A DNA stretch of 64,000 nt from Perkinsus chesapeaki ATCC PRA-425 (GCA_013115145.1 JAAPAO010000069.1:1-64000), one strand, 5' to 3'; shown: positions 11,217 to 24,016, numbered from the stretch's first letter. Numbers and translations are program-made. Notes: generated by a model from the letters alone, not told the origin.

Positions 11217-12196
11217 CTACAACCGAGTTGCACAAGGAAGTGCTGACCTTTCCCTCCTCCTCTTTATCACTTTAACCACAGTATCTATGTCCCTCCGACA
11301 CACATGACACTCCCCCTTCAGCACACGAAGAATGTCCTTCATGCAGTCCAAGCAGATGCCGCTATGACCACACGGCAAGAAGACCTACACCCCGGATCGA
11401 ACCCCGCCTGGGGCATCTTCCCCAATTACCAGTCTAACATCAGTCTCCTCGAAGCATACGGTACATAGCCCCGGTATCAGCGTCTTAGCTGTACTGACGG
11501 GGAATGACTTTCGGCTACTACTACTGTAGCTGTTGCGGTCTCGGGACGTTTTCGAAATCTCCGTCTTCGGAGTGGCTAGCGAGTTGATCGTCTTCATCCT
11601 AACAAATCGCTGAAACTGCTAACAGGATCAACGCGGCGGCATGCCTAAAGAAGTTGGTGGTGATCTTCCGGAGCTTAAACAGCTTCCCTTCGCTCTTTTG
11701 AATAGCCATTTCAAGCCGCGACGGAGCCTTCTCCGCCTCGCCTGCCACGTCCTCAATAGCCCGTCACTCAACCCTCATTACATTCGTCCATAGTGTCCGC
11801 TTCGGACTCGCCGTTACCGACTTCAACATCATCGCCTAGCCCCAACAGGAACTCATTCCCAGCGTTACCGAACATGCATGATCTGATCAACCACTGTGAA
11901 GCGCCTTTCAACGAGGGTCGAATTACCGGCACAAAAACACCCTCACCACGCCGCCTTCTTCCTCCGAGTCCCTCGGCACTTCAACTTCGATATTACAGGA
12001 ATGGCAACGCACTCTCTCTATTAGGCGCTCTCGACCGATATACTATAGCGTGCTCTAGGTCCAACCGTATGAATGGTACTACCTTGTGGACTCTCCAACA
12101 GATACATAGGAGCAAAATAATAACAGCTACTATCATTCCTACAGCAGCCAACAACATAGCCAAGTTAACGCTATCATCCTCAGTGGAAGCCGACAT
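11217..12196 (-). CDS. Single-pass membrane C3HC4 RING-finger protein (putative E3 ligase); 3' end uncertain and may extend to ~10480
   Basis: N-terminal TM (MLLAAVGMIVAVIILLLCICW). The spliced RING reads CTVC...CGHSGICLDC...GECHVCRRDID. Confidence 0.7.
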
Positions 12197-12338
12197 AGGG
12201 GAAGGGAAAGAAGAACTCCCGGCTACTATTTGTGACGATAACCCCTACTGAACACAAGGCCAGGGTAGGTCGGAAATGGTGATCCATAGTAACGGATGAA
12301 CTTCAATCCAATAGACGTCAGTGAGGAGCGCTGCTCAG

Positions 12339-13144
12339 TTATGCGCTCTTTTTGTTCTTCTTAGTTCGCTTGCCGGTGCCCTTTGTTTCCCCTTGCTCCG
12401 CCTTAGAGTCTGTGCTACTCTCCTCGGCCTTCCGTTTTACACTGTTCTTAACTGTGGGCTCGGTGGTATTTGCTTTCACAATACGAGCTGCAGCCTCTTT
12501 ATCCAATACGACATCTCTTTTACGAGCTAAACAGTAGGAACGGTAATAACCCTACGTGTCAACTGCAGAAAGATGCTCGAATATACCAAGAGCCTGCGCT
12601 TCCCCCGTTGTACTACTCTTAACGTCCTCTTGCTCAGAAGCCTTCTTAATGCGGGCCATATACGACTTCACTCGATCCTGAGGAAGCGGCAAATACGTTT
12701 CAATTGTTCGGCAGATTATTGTACAATCTCATCCTTGATCTTGTGGGTCTTCACGTCGGTCCCTTGGGTCTTGAGGAACATCCAGTAGAGAGAAGCCGTG
12801 GTGAAGGCCAACGAAACATTCAATTCGCTCTGTTCCAACGCTAAGAAAGACCGGTATTCTCGTAAGCAAGAGTAAGACTTCTAATACGATAGATTCAATC
12901 AATCTAACAATGTTCTTTGGCAAGAAGGCACGGACCGTGAAATTGGTTATTAATAATTTTCTTTGAAAAGACCCTTCCATTGATAACCTTCCCTATTACG
13001 GGTCATCTTAGACATCACTTCCTCGTAGTCAGCGTCCATCAGCGGCTTCAGGTGTTCTTCAAGGCCAGATAATTGGGCCTCGAAATGGTCCAGCTTCTTT
13101 ATAAGGGAATTCCGAACTCCGGACGAAGACGATGACGCGGCCAT
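12339..13144 (-). CDS. C1D: C1D/Rrp47 (Sas10/C1D family) nuclear exosome cofactor
   Basis: Spliced: FEAQLSGLEEHLKPLM...ELNVSLAFTTASLYWMFLKTQG...HKIKDEIDRVKSYMARIKKA...LDKEAAARIV, then a basic tail. Confidence 0.85.
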
Positions 13145-13316
13145 CAGAAGAGAGCAACTGCTTAAGCTGGATGAATCAAAGGTGATACCGCGTCACTGAT
13201 ACGGAAGGGACCGTTCTGATTAAACGGGAAACATCACTGAATAGTCTTTTCATACGGTTGCGATGACACTTCTGCGTTCAGCACGTTCTAATTTATTAAA
13301 AACTTTTTCATGGATG

Positions 13317-13389
13317 TAGTCCCGGCGGGGGTCGAACCCACGACCTACGGCTCATAAGACCGTCGCTCTAACCACTGAGCTACAGGACC
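13317..13389 (-). tRNA. tRNA-Ile (anticodon TAT), intronless
   Basis: 73-nt cloverleaf GGTCCTGTAGCTCAGTGGTTAGAGCGACGGTCTTATGAGCCGTAGGTCGTGGGTTCGACCCCCGCCGGGACTA, with a downstream T-run terminator. Confidence 0.95.
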
Positions 13390-13915
13390 GTTGTACCTCG
13401 CGTTCCGTTTATACGCTGTACATTTCGAAGGGTTTCACGCTATCGGTTCATCTCTCACTCGAAAGGTAACTTGTCCCTTACGTCACAAAGTCTCGCCTGA
13501 TATGATTGCTGCCTTCTCGCATGGTACCTTTATGACCGTGAGGCGCCCCCTCGTATTTAACCCACAGCAGACTACGGTGGGAGTGACCGTATTCTCAGTA
13601 ATCGATAAGCTTAGTGTTGGATAGCTGCTCCAATATATCTCCACTGCAATTGATGACATTATCTACTACTAGCGGGGATACTCTATGTGAATATCGCACT
13701 ATCTTTCTGGGCATACTCAACCTCTGTTTTTGGGCAAGAACGGCAGGGATAGCATTTAGTTACGCTCCTCGACTCTAACTGTGTAGACCACCCGTTCATA
13801 CTCTTCTATTTAATTATACTGTGAAAGCTATATTACTAAATAAAATTCCGGAGCCCCCTAGACTGCTCTGGTGTGGTAGTCCACAAGTGCTCCAGTTAGT
13901 TTATTTATATCCGCG

Positions 13916-15933
13916 ATGAGGTTCTTGGATGTTTTCCGGCCCGCTATGCGGCTCCTGCCTGAGATAACCGCTCCCGACAGAAGGATACCGTTTAATGAGA
14001 GAGTAGTCTTACAGATCATTCCCTATCGACCCTTTGGATATCGTATGTATTTTAGATGGTATGGACCGCCACCTGCCTGTTCGTCTTTATGGTGTTGGGG
14101 GAAATCCGATTGTACGGAATGGAGAAGGGATCAACCAGCGACCCCTTCTACTGGTTACGGACTCTAATGGGAAGCCAGCAGGGCTCTCTCAGAGAGCTAG
14201 GTGAGTCAACGGAGCCCTCGACATTGAGAACGGACTCTCCATTTCTTCATAGGCGTTGCTCCTGTTTTAACTGCTGGTATGATAATGCAGTTCCTTTATG
14301 GTTCTAGAATGATATCCGCCGATTTAAACAGGAAGGAAGACCGTGCTTTGTTCCAAGGTTGGCTTTCCCCATCACCCTTTCCACCCACCTCACACTTTCA
14401 GGTGCCCAGAAGGTTATCGTCGTTCTTGTGGCCTTGGCCCAAGCTTCCCTTCTGGTCATAGCCGGTGCCTTCGGCCCTCTCTCGACCATTGGTAATTTCT
14501 CTTGAACCTAGTGTGGCCTATAAAGTGTCCTTTTCAGGTGGTCTCAATGCTATACTTCTCGTAGCCCAGATGGTGACCACAAGTATCGCCATTATGGCCA
14601 TGGATGAGCTTCTTCAAAAGGGTTATGGTTTCGGGTACTACCAGCCTCTTCGATCTCCACAATCCTCGCTTTGTTCTATTCAGTGCCACTGGCATCAACA
14701 CCTTCATCGCTATGAGCGTCTGTGAACAGATCCTCTCGAGCGGCTTGTCGTTCAAGACTATTGATGTTGGTCGTGGCCCCGAGAAGGAAGGTAACGTTGC
14801 CCTTATAAGTTGCCCAGTGCTATTGGTGCTTTTCAGGTGTTGTTCTTGCCCTATTCCAGCTCACCTTTAGAGATGGAATCAGCGGCTTAAAGGAGGCTAT
14901 TTTCCGTACTGGTGCCGGTAATGTCATCACTCTTTTGGCTACGGTTCTTATCTTTGCTCTAGTCAACTACTTCCAGGTAGGAGGAGGAAGCTGCTTCCCT
15001 TTATTAACAGGGACGCTCCTTATTCAGGTGTTCCGTGTGGAGCTACCAGTTAAGCATGTTAAGGCTAGATCTCATTCTGGTATGTACCCTATCAAGCTTT
15101 TTTACACTGGTGGAATGCCCATTATCATCTATGCTGCCTTTATGGCCAACGCGTATCTTCTCTCTCAAATCCTCTATTCACTGTAGGTCCCAGGTTCTAT
15201 TCCCGCACCTGTCATCTCTACTTTATCATCAGGTTCCCCGAGAATAATATCGTTGGTATAATTGGCCAGTGGGAGTACAGTTCCTTCACTGGCTGTGCTA
15301 GACCAGTAGCAACACATCAGTCCGCCCATCCTAATGGACCCATCTTAGGTCGCCGGAATGGCCTACTATTTCTCCCCTCCCCAATCGACCCTATCGATTT
15401 TCACGGACCCGGTTAATCTCATTGTCTTCGCCAGCTCTGTTCCCATCTTCTGCGGCATCGCCTCCAAGATGTGGCTGAATGTAATACCCAGGGCTTTTAG
15501 TCTAGTCGTTAGTCTGTTATCCCATCTTCCCAATGGTCATGAGTTCTATTCCCACAGGTATCAGGAACCGCTGCCAGGGATATTGCTCGTCAGCTAAAGG
15601 ACCAGCAAATGACCATGCGCGGCTACAGAGACTCCACTGTTATCTCGGTAAGCTCCTCTCCCCACACTGCATATTATCATTTCCCTCAAGGTTCTCGATA
15701 AGTATATCACACCGTGTGCCATTGTTGGTGGCGTGGTTGTCGGCGCAATTGCTGTGACCGGTGAAATCCTCGGGGCCGTCGGAACTGGAGCAGGTAAGAG
15801 TTTTCCTCCGACAACTTTTGACTTGTCCTCTCTCTTAGGTATCATCCTGGCGGTTACGACAATCTACCAGAACTTCGAGACCATGTACAAGGAAGGCGGA
15901 ATTCCGCCCGAGTTGGCCGCGGCTCTTTTCTAA
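13916..15933 (+). CDS. SEC61A: Protein translocon subunit Sec61-alpha (divergent), many short introns
   Basis: MRFLDVFRPAMRLLPEI...SDPFYWLR...DRALFQGAQK...MDELLQKGYGFG...YPIKLFYT...GAVGTGAG...ILAVTTIYQNFE. Confidence 0.92.
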
Positions 15934-16214
15934 GAGGCGTTGGCAGCAGACACTGTGGTGTTAAGATGATGCTTGGTGGTGTCAGCAGCTCACTGTCATA
16001 TTTGAACGACATTGTTTCACACAGAGCAACTGTAGAGGTTATCACTGTTGCTGCTATTGTCGAGTGGAAGGGAGGAGTCAGCAACACCACGAGCAGCAAA
16101 ATAAAAAGAAGAGACTTACCATAAATCGCGGTCTCTACCGACTTGTTGCGTTTAGTTGTTTCAATAGTGACAAGAACACAACAGGCAGGATCGAACATCA
16201 GAATAACAGCATGA

Positions 16215-18614
16215 TCAGGGAGCTACTTCACCGACGGAGGAGGCTTCGCTGAAGGGTTCGTCTAAAGCCGACACAATAATCTTACCACCAACCAGCGGGC
16301 TTACCGTCCTCGTATATCACTTGCCCCAAAGTGCCAGGACCGAGAGTGCCGCTAATTAATGATATCATCCTAAATATCTTTGGTCCATGCAGGGAATTCA
16401 GGGCAATTACCTGGCGCAGCGGTCAACTGTCAATGCCCCCTTGGGCAAGATGAAGTGACGGTATGTATATTGGTCTCGAATCTCTCGGCTTCCCTCATCG
16501 TCTCCTCCTTCGCTCTCCTCATCATCATCAACTAGGTCATCCACAACACGCTCAATGACTTCATCATTATCGGTTGGTAGGGAGGACTCTGGCGGTGCTC
16601 TGGTCTCGGCCTCGGTCAGTAACACAGCTGAAGGGACTTGGTCTCGACAAGTCTAGTACCCCCTAGGGATACCTTGTTCAGCTTGCTCTTGAGTGATGGC
16701 TCCCACAGTAACACATAGACCCCAAAGCTCCTCTGGGACGAGCTGTATGCCAAGAAGGGAAAGAAGGAGGCCTCTCAATGATAGGATACTTGCTGTGCCA
16801 TCGGAGGAATCTAAAGCTCTGTAACACGTGACCGCGCGCCCTAATATTTACTGCTAGTAGCTGCCTCGTGGGCACTGCGAATGATGTCCAGCTCGGTTGC
16901 ATCGAAGAGGTCCGGAAGAGGCGTGTTGAGGACTCGGAAGAGCTATACGGCGTATCAAAGGTTGAAGCAAGGATTACTCGGAGCTTACGAAACGATTCGA
17001 TTTGATCTCGTCCAACTTCCCCTGGACGAGTTCATCAGCTCCTTCAAGTCGGAGAGGCGGTATGTTAACTGATTAGCACGGTGGCCCATATACCACAGTA
17101 GATTGCAGCTCCCAAATAAAGAAGGAAATAACAATAGTAAATATAATTTATATCCTTGGGCTAATTCACGGAGGAATAGAAGACAGTGCAAGCAAAAAGG
17201 TAACGCAATCTATCAATAAAGCATGTCCTATTAATGTACGGTCGTGGACGGCAATGTAAAAGATCCCTATCAGCTTACGTTCGATATCATCCTCATACGG
17301 TGTGACCAATCCCGCCGTACACATATCTTCAGCCCATTCACCATCCATAACCTACCAGACGGCCTCACTATGGACACAGCCTATATATTACCTTTTTCCG
17401 TGACCGATAGTAGTACCGTCCAGGGCCCTCCTTCCTATCGTTCAACCACTGCCCTTCGTATCTACGCTAAGCATCTTCCCACCAGCCGTACCGGACACCC
17501 TACAAGTCTCCTGTTCTGCCAACAATGAGCGTGCCGGTGCCAGACCGCTTGCCTTGGCGCCACTAAACGTATCGTCTCCATGTCTATTGCCGCTCCGTTC
17601 TTACTTGTCCCCGATATATATCACCATTGGCGTAAAACATGGTTCCTTCTCCTTCCCGTCGTCCTTGAATCCAGTTGCCCTGAGGTCAAAAATGCGACAC
17701 GTGATGGAGGAGGGTGACGCGCTGCACCTGATAGGAGGAACCATCTTCGAAATAGCCAGTTCCGAACCCTTCTCGTTTATCGTTCACCCAGGATCCAGCA
17801 TACGACCTGTAACAAGCAGATAGAGTCGCTATCGTCTGGTGGTAGGACATGCAAACGATTTTTGGTACGATTTTCTTTTCCCTTTTCCTCCCTTTTTTTT
17901 CGTTCCCCCTTTTTCCCTCTCTTTTTCCCCTCCTCTTCCCTCAGTTTTTGCCCAGCTCATCGTCTAGTGGTTAGGACGTCACGTTGTCGCCGTGACAACC
18001 CCGGTTCAAATCCGGGTAGCGACTAATGTAATTTGTCTTACTTCCTGACTCCTTTTCCCTTCCTGCATTTCACCCATTGCATTCCTTCACCGTGTCTCAT
18101 ACCTTCCTTCCACTCGCCATCATACCGCGACCCCGCAACCACAGAGCTAACACAACAGCAGCCATTTCCCTCTACAACGCCACTGCCTCCCCAAAGTGGA
18201 CAACCGCAATGGGCTTTGTTACTCCCTATTGAGATGGTAACTTACCACCTAGTGCCGTAGCCATCCTTTTTGTTATTTTTCCATCCACCAACGTACGACC
18301 CTAGTGCTGCGTATCGCATTCGGTCCTCAGCTTTGCACCCTATGGTTTTCGCACCGGACTTATCGATTGACGTCCAGAACCTTCCGGTTGAAAAGTAGGC
18401 AACGCTGTTCGAAGTTGTAGGCGTACACAGTCTTGTGTTTAGGTGCGTCTTTCTCTGACAGCTTCCAGTTTTCCCGCCATATCCGTTTGGGCTCTTGCCG
18501 CCGTGGTACACCGGCAAACATGCCGTACCTGTTCTTAGGGTCTAAATGCTTTATTAGTCGCTAAGCCTGCCTAATGTCTTCAGCTATGTCTTTGGTAAAT
18601 ATCACTGCTGACAT
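16215..18614 (-). CDS. MORN-repeat protein (MORN3-like) with C-terminal extension; ends approximate
   Basis: Spliced repeats YVGGWKNNKKDGYG, YDGEWKEGMRHGEG, YAGSWVNDKREGFG, GNWIQGRREGEG, YEGQWLNDRKEGPG and GEWAEDMC. Confidence 0.8.
17825..18024 (+). pseudogene. Interrupted tRNA-His-like gene with GTC anticodon, antisense inside MORN intron 17807-18041
   Basis: A 5' piece GTCGCTATCGTCTGGTGGTAGGAC (17825-17848) and a body with D-, anticodon- and T-arms ending TAGCGAC (17959-18023) are separated by a pyrimidine-rich insert. Confidence 0.75.
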
Positions 18615-19190
18615 TATTCAGAGAACTAAGTAAGAGTACCCTAACCGCTTCGCCCAATCTCCAAAACGTGAGGTCCTTTTCTCGCTGATTCTTGCTCACT
18701 TATCTTATCTTGCAACTCCTCAACGGAAGCGCAACGTCGCTCAAGCCCCTTTTCTGATCGCATTGATGTCGGCAATCTACGTACATCGGCTGCAAGTTGC
18801 TGCTGTTGGTGTAGTGTACGGCATAAGTGTTAGTTGGGCTATACTCAACCTTAGGCCGAGGGAGAAAGGTAGTATATGGTAAAGAATGGGGCAGAGATGG
18901 GCTAATGGGCTACCTCAGCAATGCGACTGGACACCAGAATGAAACGGAACGCGGCGCCTTATCCCCGTAACGTGTTCAAGAAACGCTACATCCCTCCTGC
19001 CTCAACGGTCACTAGGTGAGCTTCAGTGGTAGACGTATGTGGGAATGGTGGCCTCTCAGACGACTTCTGGAAAATTTCGGTTCGTTCTGACCCATGCTGA
19101 TTTGATACGTTTCCGTGCCTCTCTCGAGTTGCTTTCTTCATAGTGTAGTTGTGATATAGTTTATTCTAATGTAGCTTACCTTTTGCCTGT

Positions 19191-20130
19191 TTAATTCTCC
19201 TTGTATAACTTTAAGGCAGCGCCTTGATCCATGCAGTTTATCCGGTCAGCATCGGACCAGTCAAAGCTAGCTGCAATGCGTCGTATGCGAGAGGATGAGT
19301 CAAGGACTGCCATGCTAAAGTGTAAGCCTCTGTGATATACATCAGCGATGCCAGATGCTACTATCAACTCCAACTTCGGAACGTACTGCTGCTTCGGGTC
19401 GGCTTAAGGCGTTTTCCTTCACCTTGTGATCCATTTCCCATACCTTGTTGGTGCTCGGAATGTCAGAATAGGCTCGAGAAAGCCTAGGCCGCTTTCTTGT
19501 TCCTCCACAAGAGTTTTTGGGAGAAACTTGCTTCCCGTATGGAAATGACGTGGGGGGATATTGTCACCTTGGAGACCCTCTTCAGGTTTGTTTATCGCCG
19601 TTGGTATTGTATTTGGTGTATCGATGTTTTTGGGCACCTTCTTGCCTCTCACTGAGGCCTATAGGGCCGATTCAGGTACTATCCTCTCTCAGAACCTCAT
19701 GTAGATCTTATTAAGGTTCTTTGCAAGGAGGGGATGGATCAGGGGGACTCATCAGCGTTGATGTGAGCCGTGGCGAGCTTTTCGTGCGGTTTGATGAGAG
19801 ATCTCGTCGATAGTTCCGTTCCATCAGAAAGTTCAACTTTACCGATCAAATAGGAAATAGAAGCAACGTTGTGGAAGGAAATGAGTGGCCCGCACTTGAT
19901 AGAGTATCCAGTAGTTTATTAGCATTGTTGTTGCTTCAGGCTGGCCAAGTCTAGCCCGACCCCCTACAGTGTACAGTTTCATCACATTAGCAGTATCATT
20001 TCACCCTTCTTCGTTGTACATTGCTTCCTGCATATTTGCCTTCACCACCAACTGTTCGGCTCTGTTTTGTTTACGGGTGATGGAGTGTATGTGTCAGGTT
20101 TTCATTAAAGCCCCTTATGCTTCATCCGAG
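19191..20130 (-). CDS. Hypothetical protein (multi-exon, 5' end uncertain)
   Basis: ORFs 19419-19652 and 19191-19373 can be joined across a GT-AG intron. No family was recognised. Confidence 0.35.
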
Positions 20131-20800
20131 TCGCCTCCTCGCAGCGGTAGCCAAAGCCCTTTCCTTTGCCGTCATGGCATTTGCCCTATGGGGCTGTGAT
20201 CTACCGGACACCGGTACGTGTACTCAAGAGATAGGGCATGACAGATTCATATCAATCAAACGGCAGAATGACGACCCTGATCACGGCCCCTTTGAGCTGG
20301 ACTCGTTCTCCTGCGGCCAAGGGAAAGCGTAAGCTGGTGGGAGGGGCTCGTGTAGCGGCTGAGAGTCTGTCAGGTTCACTCGAGTTTACCTGACTCGCTC
20401 CCATGATTTAATGCAGCTTTTCACACCACCAGAGGCCACTGGGCTCACCACATGCAAAGATATTTTTGAAGCGGCTCTGGCGCACGCTGAAGATGTTCGT
20501 CATAGAAAGCAGAAGAAATTCTGGTTTGATGGTACAAAAAAGGTTACATGGGAAGGCGTGTTGAATACGCTATGTATCACTGCTGAGGGCACCGACGATT
20601 CCGACGAGCCTACTCCGGGCGGTATAGTGGCCCCTATGGCGCAGGCGGCTCCCGTAGTGGCATCGGCGGCGGTTCCGGTTGGTGTAAGTTACCCGACGCC
20701 AAGTGCAGAGGAGCTCGTTAGGAGGATGGAGATGGTACCGATAGTGGGTAATGGTAGTAGCCAACGACGAGTAGTACAAAAGCATCTACGTGCTCAGTGA
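20117..20800 (+). CDS. Hypothetical secreted protein
   Basis: Hydrophobic N-terminus (LLAAVAKALSFAVMAFALWGC) followed by ORF 20411-20800 across short introns. Confidence 0.45.
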
Positions 20801-21065
20801 AGGGTGTGCATGTTAAACATGATAATACTATATGTGGGCCCTTTGGCCTATATGCCCTTTGATGGTTTGGGTTGAAGTAGACAGCTTATATGGTATAGGG
20901 CCGAGGGTCTTCTGGAGGATGTCGTCGTTGGAAGGCCGGACCAATCAAATAGTACCATACACATCTCTCGAGTGTAATCGATTGTGCATTGCAGCCCCTA
21001 AGAATAGTAAGCATTCTTGTAGCTCCGTGGCGTAGGCCTGTTCGGGTTTAGCTTCCCGAAGCAGT

Positions 21066-23125
21066 TCACATTTTTCTTATGCAATCAGGGAATAGCCGAT
21101 CCAATAGCGGAGGAAGTGTCGGTATGGAATTTGTATTTGGATACGAAAGCAGTGTGCCTAAGGTGGTTACTAAGAGGAAGGTGGGATGACAAAGGCTAGG
21201 ACAGCTGCAATGGTTTGGGTAGTCGGTTGCTGACTTCTGGCTGGGGCCCTCGTCGATGGAACGAGGGGAGGTAAGAGATGAAGGCAGAGGAGGAAGGATG
21301 GGATTGCAGTCGATGAAGCTTAATGATAGGATCATAGAACTAGTACTGTTGGGGGCACTTTAAGGAACATTTGAGGCGGATTCTTGATTGGGTTATATTA
21401 TAAGATGGGTACTACTCAGCGTGAGTCAAAGAGCAGGTTAGCAGTTAAGCCTGTTATTCCCTATTGATAAATTATAGAGTCATCTCCGTCGTATAAAAGG
21501 CAGACTCCAGCTTGCTTTCCGGCGTTCGGTTGTCGGCTGCACACAGCCCCAAGACCTTCGAGGGGAGAACAGTTCTATTCAACCTCTCATTTCAGATAGG
21601 TCCAGTATCCACCACAATAGTAAGCCTCCACGCCGTATCATCCTGTGCCATGCTGCCAGCCTCCTCTATCCCTTTGGCTGTAGCATGCATACCTATTGTT
21701 ATCCCCCTCACTATAGAGGTTGATAGGATGGGATTTCCGCTCACGTGAGGAGGCCTAGTTGCTGTATTGGCGGTCATCTCTGGCTTTAGTGACGCTGGCA
21801 AATCGGCGGTGAAGGGCCTCCTAATCAGCAGCGTCCTTCAGGGCTCTTTGGGCGTTGTTGAGTTCCTTATGGGTGACCTCGTCACAGGATTTGTCAACAC
21901 CCTTATGGCGGGGATAGGCATGTGAGAGGGCTTCCATAAATATTAACACAGTAATTACGTTATCCCATTGCGTTTTCCGCCATCTCTTACTCGGACTTGG
22001 CTGAACGGCAACCGGCCCCTTCCGATCCTCAATGTGTAGTTGGTAACATGACCACTGTTGGATGGTTTAATATATGTCAGCGGAACTATGAGGCTAATCG
22101 TATAGCCTTTAATGCAGACAGACTAGAGCATCGATAATTTTCCTACGGTTTCGCTGTTCAACCTGCTTTCCCGTCTATAGGTACTCTACTCAGCCACAAG
22201 GGGTCTCCTGGCTGCCGAGCTACACCATTATTTGCTTTATAAATGGATCAATTCAAGTCAGTCACCTACTCGTGGTCGATGTACTTCACTTTAGTTCCTC
22301 GGTCTCATTGAGCGCTTCGCCTACGGCAATGGTCCTATCTTTGCTGGTGCTGCCCCACTAATACTGAACTACCTCCATCTTGCTGCCATACTTCACCCAG
22401 TTCTCAATATGGCAAGTGTCTATTATGGATGGCAACTACTGAAGGAGCTAAGGGATAGTTACATAGCCGGGGCCACCTCGGTGAGGGTTACCTTGCTGAG
22501 CTTTCCGTTGAGCTCAGGCAGGTCAACAGCGTGAGCCCCGGCCGATTCCAAGGCGAAGGTGCTCGAGGTGATGGTGGCAGTGGCGCTGGAATTTTCGGCG
22601 GCCAGAGCGCGACGAACTTTCAAGCATTTTCTGGAGAAGGTGGGCTACTCGGTGGGCGGAGCGTATGGGAGTGGTTCAGGCTTTCGGCTGGGTGATAGCT
22701 CACCAGGCAGGGGCATTATTGAGCCTCGGCCGGCCAGTGTTACCGAGCCACAGTTGGGTGAGTTGGCACACGAGGGTTAGAACTAGTCAGATGTCCAGTG
22801 ATATATTTCATGATGATTTCAATCACAATTGGTACTTTGTGTTGCCGGAAGAGAGTGGCTCCTCGTATACGTACCCGCACACTGTGCGTCGCGCAGGCAC
22901 TGTTTTGGTCGGGGTGGCAAAGGCGTCGCAGGGCGGCTTGCTCTCTGACGATTTAACGCCCTTGGTTACTGATACAGTTCTATGCACTCGCAGTTTCGGC
23001 ATCACTGCTAGCCTCCGTACGGGATGCGTGCGCGATGATGATGATGATGATGATGTTGAGGCGTGGGTAGGTAGCCCTCCCTTGATGGGATCCCCTTTGT
23101 GTGGAGGGGGTATCATAAGCCACAT
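21066..23125 (-). CDS. Probable hypothetical multi-exon gene(s), structure unresolved
   Basis: Several coding-looking minus-strand segments with GT-AG flanks. No recognisable domain. Confidence 0.2.
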
Positions 23126-23713
23126 CTATACATGCGTACCTGTTGAGGGCCCTGCCCTGCAGAGCCTATGCAGCATTCGGGAATAGCTCACTCTTCAGTA
23201 CACATGGTGGTGGTACTAGCTACTCCATTCAACTGAAGGTAGACCGGAGTAGCGAATTTGATAGCTCCATGGAACTCGGTGACCGAAAGGCTTTTCACCG
23301 GCCCTGCGAGCATTCATACAGTCTCGAGGACGAACCGAGGAAGCAAATTGTACTCATCAGTACTTTAATAATGGATCATGCTTAGAACCAATTAATTTTC
23401 CCGCCAAATCTTTCTTGGCTGCTCAAAGCTTCGGGGAATAGAACAATCCCTCCATGGATACGGAACAGCCCCGAGCGCGTCACCATGCCCTCGGGCGCAG
23501 AGTAGTCTCAATAATGCTAATAGTGCCATGATGTCTGGATAGAGGTCGCGGAGGGTCATGTCTTATACGTGGGTGGCTTCGCGGATAGGGCTTATATACT
23601 GTAAGGCTCGCTAAACTCCACTTTGTGGTTTCGCCTACCTGCACGCATGCACATTAGCTTGAACGCGTGCGTTAGTGGTCGTAGGGTCGGCAAATATTAC
23701 ACCAGTTATAATA

Positions 23714-24016
23714 ATGATGACTTACCATCGTATTATTACCCTTTTGTTGGCCATGCTTGTCATTGTAATGGGCGAAGAGGTTATCGCCACAATTGACTGC
23801 CTTGGCTTCTGTGACTATGTTACTGGTGGAAGGTGCACCAAGACCAAGCAGACCAGGGTTGGTTGCCGATGCAACATCCAGCCCCAAAGGTGCAGGGATA
23901 TGTATTACTTGCGGAACGGCTCCCAAACTAGCTCTCTGGACATATGCCTCTCCAACGCTGAAGATCCTAACTGTGATGCCTTTCCCAATGTGCCGGTGTA
24001 CTGCAACTGCACATAA
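23714..24016 (+). CDS. Small secreted cysteine-rich protein (10 Cys), intronless
   Basis: Signal-like MMTYHRIITLLLAMLVIVMG followed by ~80 aa with 10 Cys ending PVYCNCT. Confidence 0.75.
   Translation: MMTYHRIITLLLAMLVIVMGEEVIATIDCLGFCDYVTGGRCTKTKQTRVGCRCNIQPQRCRDMYYLRNGSQTSSLDICLSNAEDPNCDAFPNVPVYCNCT

Noticed and set aside
13317-13389. G37 and lack of an intron in tRNA-Ile(TAT)
   Set aside because: The CTTATGA loop is also seen in plant-type Ile(TAT) tRNAs as I recall them, so it is not anomalous.
16440-16475. DQYTYRHFILPK resembling Cks1/Suc1 (YRHVxLPK)
   Set aside because: The downstream Cks signature (EWRxLGxQQSxGW) is absent, and the segment appears to be a 3' exon of the MORN gene.
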